This document shows, one piece after another, positions 8,022-14,372 of a DNA stretch of 34,609 bases. The notes beneath the pieces were generated by a model. It made no database searches. It had not been told where the DNA came from and saw only the letters and a list, made by a program, of their open reading frames with translations. The DNA comes from a virus. Taxonomy: Duplodnaviria; Caudoviricetes. The first letter of the stretch is position 1. Every line of letters begins with the position of its first letter. A program made the position numbers and the translations under genes. Location: IMG/VR virus record IMGVR_UViG_3300003972_000074, positions 1 to 34,609 of that record. The stretch is one strand, 5' to 3'.

Positions 8022-8043
8022 GGTTCGCGCGGGGTTCGCGCGG
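8022..8043. repeat. Putative integrase arm-type sites (right arm)
   Basis: GGTTCGCGCGG x2 tandem, sharing the TTCGCGCG core with the left-arm repeats. Confidence 0.6.
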
Positions 8044-8116
8044 CGCATGTCACTCCGGAGCGAGCCCCCGGGCCACCGGCCGCCACGGAGCGTGCGGTTC
8101 ACGGGCCAGCGCCCCG

Positions 8117-8163
8117 CAACTGTCGCGGTTTCCTTGACAGTTTCCGACTGTCGTGGTTACATA
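8117..8163 (+). promoter_or_regulatory. Promoter with overlapping palindromic operator
   Basis: Consensus TTGACA 8134-8139; imperfect -10 (TACATA 8158); palindrome GACAGT-ttccg-ACTGTC 8136-8152; direct repeat ACTGTCG(c/t)GGTT at 8119 and 8147; ATG 8169 would be leaderless. Confidence 0.65.
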
Positions 8164-8168
8164 GACAC

Positions 8169-8441
8169 ATGGCAACGGACACCACCTACGAGATCGTCAT
8201 CGTCACCCTCAGGGAGACCGGTCACCCGCACTACACGGTCGCCTGGAACGCCGCCGCCGACATCGAGGCGGGCGACATGCTCGCCGCCTACCGCGGCACC
8301 GTGGGGTTCGAGGTCGGCGAGGGCGACGACCTGGACACCATCAAGGCCCAGGCGGCCGACCTGGTCGGCGGCGAGATCACCTGGGACGACGGCCCGTCCG
8401 ACGTCATGTGGACCGGCCGGGCCACGGTCCCCGCCCAGTGA
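8169..8441 (+). CDS. Small acidic hypothetical protein (90 aa), anti-defence candidate
   Basis: MATDTTYEIVIVTLRETG...; D/E-rich; first gene after the promoter. Confidence 0.75.
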   Translation: MATDTTYEIVIVTLRETGHPHYTVAWNAAADIEAGDMLAAYRGTVGFEVGEGDDLDTIKAQAADLVGGEITWDDGPSDVMWTGRATVPAQ

Positions 8442-9526
8442 CCAGCGTCACCCTGCCGTCGTGGTCGGCGGCCGACTGGCCCAACGGCTGGTTGGCCGCC
8501 ATCGGCGCGACCACCATCCTCCCCGGCCTCCGGCTCTCCTGGACCGACGACCGGCCCGCCCGGGCCGTCCTCCACTGGGACGACGACACCGACCTCGCCG
8601 CCAAACTCGCCGACGCCATCCCCAGCCCCGAGGACGCGAGCGCTCGGGGTGCCGAACTGGACAAGTGGCGGCGCCGCCAGGTCGTGAACCACGACGGCGA
8701 CCTGGTCGACGACGACGGCCGAAGGCCGGTCACCCCCTTCATGCCGGGCGTGCCGAAGGGCCTCGGGATGGCGGCCCGAGCGGAGCGCTGCGCCCGCCAG
8801 CTCGCAGAGGACGTTGGCACCGAACGGGCCGTCGCGGCGTGGCTCGCCGGGGGCGGCGCCGTGTCCCGCGTCCAAAAAGCAAACGGGCTCGGGTTTGACC
8901 ACCGGCGCATCCGCCCCGGCGCCAAGCCGATGGCTGATGTGCTGATCGAGACGCTCGCCCTGTGCGCCCTCCACCTGTTCCCGCTCCGTGAGCCCCTCGG
9001 CGCCGAGGGCCGGGAGGACCTGCCCGCCGTGCAGCGCGGCTGGTCGCTTTCCCGCCCCGACGGCGGGATCCCGACGTTCTGGTGGCCCACATGGGAGCCG
9101 CCCATCGACTGTTGGGCGATCGACCACCTCCTCGACATCTTCTACGCCGAGCGGGACTCGGCGTCCGAGTGGCCGGGCGACCTTCACAGCCTCGGCGTCC
9201 GCCAGGTGTGGCGCAGTGAGCGCTATCGCCCGCTAGCCCAGATGGACCCGACCCGCGGGTACGCCGGGGTGTTCGCGTTCGAGTTCGGGCCCCCGCCGGA
9301 CCCGGTCGGCGTCAAGGAGATCGCCGCCCGGCTCGATGTGAAGGCGCAGACGGTCGAGACCTGGCGGCGGCGCCACACCGAGGGATTCCGCCGGTTCCCC
9401 CACCCGGACTGGGCCGAGATCGGCGGACGCCCCGCCTGGGCGTGGTCCACGATCTGGACCTGGGCCGCATCGACAGGCCGACTCCCGATCGGCCGGGCCG
9501 CCGAAGGCGGACGCCCGGCGAAGTGA
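8438..9526 (+). CDS. Type I-G Cas8g (Csb3/Cas8u2, 'Cas3-extension') like domain fused to a C-terminal MerR/Xis-type HTH
   Basis: Motif series DWPNGWLAAIG..LRLSW, PFxPGVPKG, RVQxANGLGFDxRR, ETLALCALHLFP, QRGW, FWWPTWEPPIDCWAIDHLLD, LGVRQVWRSERY, DPTRG; HTH from ~9299 (DPVGVKEIAARLDVKAQTVETWRRR). Confidence 0.7.
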   Translation: MTSVTLPSWSAADWPNGWLAAIGATTILPGLRLSWTDDRPARAVLHWDDDTDLAAKLADAIPSPEDASARGAELDKWRRRQVVNHDGDLVDDDGRRPVTPFMPGVPKGLGMAARAERCARQLAEDVGTERAVAAWLAGGGAVSRVQKANGLGFDHRRIRPGAKPMADVLIETLALCALHLFPLREPLGAEGREDLPAVQRGWSLSRPDGGIPTFWWPTWEPPIDCWAIDHLLDIFYAERDSASEWPGDLHSLGVRQVWRSERYRPLAQMDPTRGYAGVFAFEFGPPPDPVGVKEIAARLDVKAQTVETWRRRHTEGFRRFPHPDWAEIGGRPAWAWSTIWTWAASTGRLPIGRAAEGGRPAK

Positions 9527-9556
9527 CGGGCGATCTCGTGCGGCGGCCAGCAGCTC

Positions 9557-9748
9557 CTAGTCGCCGGCGGGCAGACGGCCGGTCTCCCTCGCCCAGGCCT
9601 CGATGGTGCGCCAGGCCCACAGGAGCTGGCGGGGGCCGAGCACGAGGTCGGGTTCGGGGAGGTGCCCGCGGTGGCGCCACGTGTCGACGGTGGCGCGGGG
9701 GACGCCGAGGCGCCGGGCGATCTCGTTCATGCCCACGGGGTCGTCCAC
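9557..9748 (-). CDS. Stand-alone MerR/Xis-type HTH protein, paralog of the C-terminal domain of 8438..9526
   Basis: DPVGMNEIARRLGVPRATVDTWRHRG..LPEPD...WAWRTIEAWARETGRLP. Confidence 0.85.
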   Translation of the reverse strand: MDDPVGMNEIARRLGVPRATVDTWRHRGHLPEPDLVLGPRQLLWAWRTIEAWARETGRLPAGD

Positions 9749-9808
9749 GGTGAAAGATTATTCGCTCAAACCCTCGACCGCACGATGACGAATGACTAAT
9801 CTTTCACC
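9749..9808. promoter_or_regulatory. Mirror-image divergent leaderless promoters
   Basis: 12-bp inverted repeat GGTGAAAGATTA (9749-9760) / TAATCTTTCACC (9797-9808); each gives a TAATCT -10 box 6-7 nt before a start codon (GTG 9748 minus, ATG 9810 plus). Confidence 0.65.
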
Positions 9809-9937
9809 TATGGCAACGATCACCTGCATGGACGAGGTCCCGGTCCGCCCGATGACGGACCTGTACGCCGAGACCTGACGTGGCTCGTCTCGCCCTGCTG
9901 CTCACCATCGAACTCCTACGAGAGAGGACCACCTGAC

Positions 9938-10165
9938 ATGATGACCATCGACGAGGGCGGCGCCGCCCGCGACGCCCGGCACGAGCGGGACCGCGGCTGC
10001 CACGTGCCCGCCGACGAGGCTCGGCGACGCGCCCAGGTGCGTCACGAGCTGGGCCGGCCGGCGGACGCCGCCTACTGGGAGGCGTACGCCGCCGAGGTGG
10101 AGACGCTGTGCGCTGACTGCGGGGCCAAGGTTCCGGACGACGTCGACCCGGACGAGGGCGCGTGA
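9938..10165 (+). CDS. Hypothetical protein (75 aa)
   Basis: GAGAGGA RBS; CADC motif; coupled to the next gene. Confidence 0.65.
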   Translation: MMTIDEGGAARDARHERDRGCHVPADEARRRAQVRHELGRPADAAYWEAYAAEVETLCADCGAKVPDDVDPDEGA

Positions 10166-10335
10166 TGCTGTACCGCCTGCTCCACCCGCTCCTGCGCCTG
10201 GCCCGCCTCGAGGGCGACGCCCGCGCAGTCGCCAGGGGCCCGGCCGCCGTGGGCCGCCGCCTGGTGCGCCGGCACGCCCACCGCGCCCTGAACCGGGGCC
10301 TCAACCGGGTGCTGCGCCCACGGAGGCGGCGGTGA
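10165..10335 (+). CDS. Small basic amphipathic protein (56 aa)
   Basis: Hand translation MLYRLLHPLLRLARLEGDARAVARGPAAVGRRLVRR...; TGATG overlaps at both ends. Confidence 0.6.
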   Translation: MLYRLLHPLLRLARLEGDARAVARGPAAVGRRLVRRHAHRALNRGLNRVLRPRRRR

Positions 10336-10541
10336 TGGAGTACCGGGACCGGATGCTGCACTGGGACGCCCCGAACTGGCGGCCGGTGGGCCAGCGGGTC
10401 GAGATCAACGAGTCCCGGCGGCCGATGGCCGGCGAGATCGTGAAGGTCACCCGACTCGGCTACATGGTCCTCTGCGCCGACGGCATCGAGCGCCACCGCC
10501 TGGCCCACGAGGTCTACGACCCCGAGGACGACGAGGCCTGA
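10335..10541 (+). CDS. Hypothetical protein, possibly small SH3-like beta barrel
   Basis: VGQRVEINES...AGEIVKVTRLGYMVLCADG. Confidence 0.6.
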   Translation: MEYRDRMLHWDAPNWRPVGQRVEINESRRPMAGEIVKVTRLGYMVLCADGIERHRLAHEVYDPEDDEA

Positions 10542-10542
10542 C

Positions 10543-10743
10543 GTGGCCCACCTCGCCCTGCTGCTCGCCTTCGCCGTGTTGGCCGGCCTCCATCTGGCGG
10601 CCTGGCCCGGCGACGCGCGGCAGCGGGGCGGGCCCCAGACGCGGCGGCGTCCCCCCGGCCGGAGCCGAGGGGACGCCGTCGTGGTGATGCCGGCTGCGAG
10701 CCCGAAGCCCGAGGCTCACGCCGGTCACCGAGTGCCGGGCTAA
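10543..10743 (+). CDS. Small protein with N-terminal hydrophobic segment
   Basis: MAHLALLLAFAVLAGLHLAAW; remainder low complexity. Confidence 0.4.
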   Translation: MAHLALLLAFAVLAGLHLAAWPGDARQRGGPQTRRRPPGRSRGDAVVVMPAASPKPEAHAGHRVPG

Positions 10744-11104
10744 CGGTGGTGGTCGACCACCCGGCGCAGGGCACGGACCCGGGCCTAGGAACCCCGGGCC
10801 GCCACCGGCCCTCTCTGGTAGTGGGTGCGGTTGGGAGCCACACCAGGCTCACGCCGCTGACGGCCACGGTAGCCGCCCGGCGGCCCGGGCCCGTGGCCCT
10901 CCGGTGCCGGCCGCCCGTGGTCGCACCTGCGCCCGGCGGCTACCACCGTCCACCCTCGACCCTCTGCTCCGTGGAGGCGGAGCCGTCCCACCCGCCCACG
11001 ACCCCAGCCGACGAGGCTGCGCCAGCGCCCAGCGTGTGGGTGCGCCGCCGGGCACCGACCCGAGGTGCGGCTCCCACGCGCCCGGACGCCTGAGCGGAAT
11101 GTCC

Positions 11105-11134
11105 TTGCGTGATAAGTCGCTTATCACCTAGGGT
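11105..11134 (+). promoter_or_regulatory. SigA-like promoter with palindromic operator for the Y RNA-Ro60 operon
   Basis: TTGCGT(11105)-N18-TAGGGT(11129); perfect palindrome GTGATAAG-tcg-CTTATCAC 11109-11127; predicted +1 near 11141 coincides with the first RNA stem. Confidence 0.7.
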
Positions 11135-11140
11135 GCTTCC

Positions 11141-11207
11141 GATTCGGGCCGGAGCCTGCGGGTTACCTTTCGCATGGAACTCCCGTCGGCATTCACACGC
11201 CCGAGTC
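11141..11207 (+). ncRNA. Short Y RNA (YrlB-like)
   Basis: Terminal stem GATTCGGGC/GCCCGAGTC; shares CGGGCCGGAG, GGTTACC and ACACGCCCG with the downstream YrlA. Confidence 0.65.
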
Positions 11208-11213
11208 ATCGAA

Positions 11214-11359
11214 GGTCGAGTGCGCTGCGGGCCGGAGTGGTCCGGTTACCAACTCTTAATTGGAGAGACGTCGGTTCGAATCCGGCCTCCCCTTCGGGGA
11301 GTAGCTCAGCGGCTAGAGCGCTTAACCCGGTCTGCACAACACGCCCGCAGCGCTCGACC
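11214..11359 (+). ncRNA. yrlA: YrlA-type Y RNA with circularly permuted tRNA module
   Basis: Closing stem GGTCGAG..CGCTGCGGGC/GCCCGCAGCGCTCGACC; inside are an anticodon arm CCAA-CTCTTAA-TTGG, T-arm GTCGG-TTCGAAT-CCGGC, closed acceptor CTCCCC-TTC-GGGGAG and D-arm TA-GCTC-AGCGGCTA-GAGC; directly upstream of Ro60. Confidence 0.88.
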
Positions 11360-11377
11360 ACGACGAACGGAGCAGGC

Positions 11378-12955
11378 GTGAGCATCCTCGGCGACATCGG
11401 CACCCGCAGCACCCCGCAGTCCGAGCCCGTCCGAGGCAAGGCGCAGGTCGCCAACAACGCCGGCGGCTACGTGTTCGGGCTCGACGACTGGGCACGCCTC
11501 GCCCGGTTCCTGGTGCTGGGCGTCGACGCCAGTACCTACTACGTCGGTCGGCGGGAGCTGGCGCTGGACAACGCCGCCTGCGTGCGGCGGTGCCTCGACG
11601 CCGACCCGGTCCGGGCCGTCGACCTCGCCGTCGACATCTCGACCGACGGCCGTGCCCCGAGCAACGACCCGGCCATCTACGTCTTTGCGGTCGCCGCCGC
11701 CACCCCGGGCCCGGCACGGGACCGTGCGTTCGCCCGCCTGGGGGACGTGTGCCGCACCGGAACGCACCTGTTCCACTTCGCCCGGTTCGTCGAAGGCCAC
11801 CGGGGTTGGGGGCGAGGGCTGCGCCGCGCCGTCGCCGGCTGGTACGAGCGGGACAACCTCGACTTGCTCGCCTACCAGGTCGTGAAGTACCGGCAGCGGG
11901 ACGGCTGGACCCACCGGGACCTGCTGCGCCTCGCCCACCCGACCGCGCCCACCGACGGGCACCGGGCCGTGTACGACTTCGTGTGCGGCCGGCACGTCGA
12001 GGGCCTGCCGCCGGTCGTCGACGGCTTCCTGAAGATGGCCGAGGCGTCGGACCCGGACGAGGCTGCTGCGCTGGTGCGGGAGTACCGGCTCCCGTGGGAG
12101 ACGGTCCCCTCGCACCTGCTCGACGCCCGGGTGTGGGATGCGCTGCTCGACTCGGGTGCGCTCCCGTTGGGGGCGATGGTCCGCAACCTCGGTGTGATGA
12201 CCGCCCGTGGTGTTCTCGGCCCGCAGTCGCACGGCACCGGCAAGGTGCTCGACGCGCTCGGGGACGTCGACGCCATCCGCAAGGCCCGGCTCCACCCGGT
12301 CGCCATCCTCAACGCCCTCATCACCTACGGGCAGGGCCGAGGGTTCCGGGGCGACCTCACCTGGGCGCCAGTCACCCGCATCGTCGACGCCCTCGACGCA
12401 GCGTTCTACGCCAGCTTCGAGACCGTGGAGCCCGCCGGGAAGCGCACCGTGCTCGCCCTAGACGTCTCCGGTTCCATGTCGTACGCCGCGCTCCCGAACG
12501 CCGCGTTCAACGCCGCCGCTGGCGCCACCGCCATGGCGATGGTCACCGCCGCCACCGAGCCGCAGGTCACCACGATGGCGTTCTCCGGCGGGTTCGTGCC
12601 CGTCGACGTGTCGCCCCGCCGCCGGCTCGACGACAACCTCCGGGCGCTCGCCGGGATGCCGTTCGACCGCACCGACTGCGCCGCGCCGATGCTGTGGGCC
12701 ACCGCCAACAACGTCCAGGCCGACACGTTCGTCATCTACACCGACAACGAGACCTGGGCCGGGCAAATCCACCCGTTCCAGGCGCTCCGCCAGTACCGGG
12801 AGCGCACCGGCATCGACGCCCGGCTGGTCGTGGTCGGCATGACCTCGACCGGGTTCACCATCGCCGACCCCTCCGACCCGGGGATGCTCGACGTCGTCGG
12901 CTTCGACACGTCGGCCCCGCAGGTGATGTCGGCGTTCTCCGCCGGTCGGTTCTGA
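11378..12955 (+). CDS. rsr: Ro60/Rsr TROVE-domain RNA-binding protein with vWA domain
   Basis: QVANNAGGYVF..DDWARLARFLVLG, VCRTGTHLFHF, GWGRGLRRAV, YQVVKYRQRDGWTHRDLLRLAHP; vWA MIDAS ALDVSGSM, TDNET, DPGMLDVVGFD; GGAG RBS before GTG 11378. Confidence 0.96.
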   Translation: MSILGDIGTRSTPQSEPVRGKAQVANNAGGYVFGLDDWARLARFLVLGVDASTYYVGRRELALDNAACVRRCLDADPVRAVDLAVDISTDGRAPSNDPAIYVFAVAAATPGPARDRAFARLGDVCRTGTHLFHFARFVEGHRGWGRGLRRAVAGWYERDNLDLLAYQVVKYRQRDGWTHRDLLRLAHPTAPTDGHRAVYDFVCGRHVEGLPPVVDGFLKMAEASDPDEAAALVREYRLPWETVPSHLLDARVWDALLDSGALPLGAMVRNLGVMTARGVLGPQSHGTGKVLDALGDVDAIRKARLHPVAILNALITYGQGRGFRGDLTWAPVTRIVDALDAAFYASFETVEPAGKRTVLALDVSGSMSYAALPNAAFNAAAGATAMAMVTAATEPQVTTMAFSGGFVPVDVSPRRRLDDNLRALAGMPFDRTDCAAPMLWATANNVQADTFVIYTDNETWAGQIHPFQALRQYRERTGIDARLVVVGMTSTGFTIADPSDPGMLDVVGFDTSAPQVMSAFSAGRF

Positions 12956-13168
12956 GTGGTCGACCCGGACCTCGCCCGTCGGCTGGTCGCCGCTGCTCGC
13001 AAGGGTGGCGAGTGGCTACGCCGACGGGACGAGCTCATCGTCGAAGCGCTCGACGCCGGAGCCTCGCAGCGGGAGGTGGCGAAGCTGGCAGGGCTCACGC
13101 AACCGGCCATCTCCGGCATCTACCGGAAGGCGAAGCCGGACACTCCGCCGGTCACCACCCGAACCTGA
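12956..13168 (+). CDS. Small HTH DNA-binding protein, candidate regulator of the Ro60 operon
   Basis: RRDELIVEALDAGASQREVAKLAGLTQPAISGI; begins immediately after the Ro60 stop. Confidence 0.85.
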   Translation: MVDPDLARRLVAAARKGGEWLRRRDELIVEALDAGASQREVAKLAGLTQPAISGIYRKAKPDTPPVTTRT

Positions 13169-13198
13169 GTCCCGGCCGCTCGGACCGCGTAGGGTGGT

Positions 13199-13777
13199 GT
13201 GAGTTCGTCGACGACGGCGAGGTCGTCGAGTGCAGCGCATCGGGAGGGTGGCGTGACGGGCGCCTACCCTCGGGGTGTGGGTCACAAGCCGTGGGACATG
13301 CCGTGGCGGCGGGCGGAGCGACGCCGAGGGAAGCGCCGGTGGCGTGCTGAGGTCGCCGACGAGGTACGGCTGACCCCGTGCGACCTGGACGGCGGGTTCG
13401 TGGCCGAGCGTCTGGACCTGCCGGGCAGCATCTCCCAGGGTGAGACAGAAGAGGAGGCGTTGGCGAACGCTGACGCAGCCGACGAGTGGCTGGCGGTCGA
13501 CGCCCGCGAGGATCTCGCTGACCTGACGCTGGCGATCGCTCGGATGGCGACCGACACCGGGAAGAGGACGTCGTTGGTCGAGTACCTCGCCACCGGCCGC
13601 GACCTGCTGACTCCGGAGGAGGCGGAGGAGATGGCGGAGGCCGAGTGCCAGCACCACCTCGGGATGTCGGTCGCCGAGTTCAAGGCTGCGGCGGAGGCAG
13701 GGACGCTCCCTCGCCTGTCGGTTGTGCCGCACCTGGTGGCGCTCACCGGCGCCATCGTCAACGGGCCCAGCTGCTGA
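13199..13777 (+). CDS. Protein with an internal HicB-like antitoxin domain
   Basis: LTPCDLDGGFVAERLDLPGSISQGETEEEALANA matches the HicB partial RNase H fold; start uncertain. Confidence 0.6.
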   Translation: MSSSTTARSSSAAHREGGVTGAYPRGVGHKPWDMPWRRAERRRGKRRWRAEVADEVRLTPCDLDGGFVAERLDLPGSISQGETEEEALANADAADEWLAVDAREDLADLTLAIARMATDTGKRTSLVEYLATGRDLLTPEEAEEMAEAECQHHLGMSVAEFKAAAEAGTLPRLSVVPHLVALTGAIVNGPSC

Positions 13778-13813
13778 ACCCCGGCCGAACTGCCGCGCCC
13801 CGGACGCGACGAA

Positions 13814-13839
13814 GCGCCCCCAGCCGAAGCCGGGGGCGC
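13814..13839 (-). terminator. Hairpin between convergent operons, probable late-operon terminator
   Basis: Minus strand GCGCCCCCGGC-TTCG-GCTGGGGGCGC. Confidence 0.65.
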
Positions 13840-13871
13840 CACGCCGATGATCCGCAGGGATGCGGACTGGG

Positions 13872-14084
13872 TCAGGACCAGGTGGCCGGCGCCGGGTCGC
13901 TGAAGGTGACGGTGTCGGGGTTGCCGACCTTGGTGGCGAGCCACGACTTCAGTGCCGACAGCGCGGCCGCGGCGATGCCAGCGAACGCGAGCGGCACGTC
14001 GAGCGCCTCGACCGTGACGACAGCCACTCCGGCCTGCGCAGCGGTCCACCCCGCGCGGGACGCCAGATCCCGGTACTTCTTCAT
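13872..14084 (-). CDS. Holin (r1t-like)
   Basis: 70 aa, two hydrophobic helices, RAGWTAAQA...LSALKS pattern; AGGAGG RBS; downstream of endolysin. Confidence 0.75.
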   Translation of the reverse strand: MKKYRDLASRAGWTAAQAGVAVVTVEALDVPLAFAGIAAAALSALKSWLATKVGNPDTVTFSDPAPATWS

Positions 14085-14102
14085 GGGTTCCTCCTGGGAG
14101 GG

Positions 14103-14372
14103 TCAGCCGCCGAGCGCTCGTGCGACGGCGGCAGCGACAGCACCGGCGATACCGCCGGAGCCGATGGACAGGCCGAGCAGCACACCCCATGCCCGGTCCC
14201 GGGCCGACTCGAGGTGATCAACCCTGGTTGCGAGGGTGGCGACGTCGGCGGTGGAGGCCTTGTCGTTGAGCTTCTGGTCGACCCGGACGACGCGTTCGTC
14301 GATGCGCTCCAGCAGCTCCCGGAGCGTGTAGACGACGACGGGCTCCTCGGGCACGCCGGCGGGGTCGGCCAT
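14103..14372 (-). CDS. Lysis-cassette membrane protein
   Basis: Coiled coil followed by C-terminal hydrophobic helix. Confidence 0.75.
   Translation of the reverse strand: MADPAGVPEEPVVVYTLRELLERIDERVVRVDQKLNDKASTADVATLATRVDHLESARDRAWGVLLGLSIGSGGIAGAVAAAVARALGG

Noticed and set aside
7900-11100. CRISPR array or solitary type I-G repeat accompanying the Cas8g-like gene
   Set aside because: By eye I found no regularly spaced repeats and no ATTGAAG/CTTCAAT-ended repeat. The 41-bp repeat pair is ~660 bp apart and overlaps coding junctions. A degenerate single repeat cannot be excluded without a search.
11249-11320. Ordinary tRNA-Lys gene
   Set aside because: Arms are in permuted order, the acceptor stem is closed by a loop with no CCA end, and the unit is nested in a Y RNA stem beside Ro60
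11174-11377. N-terminal extension of Ro60 given by the ORF track (start 11174)
   Set aside because: It overlaps the Y RNAs; GTG 11378 has an RBS and matches the usual Ro60 N-terminus
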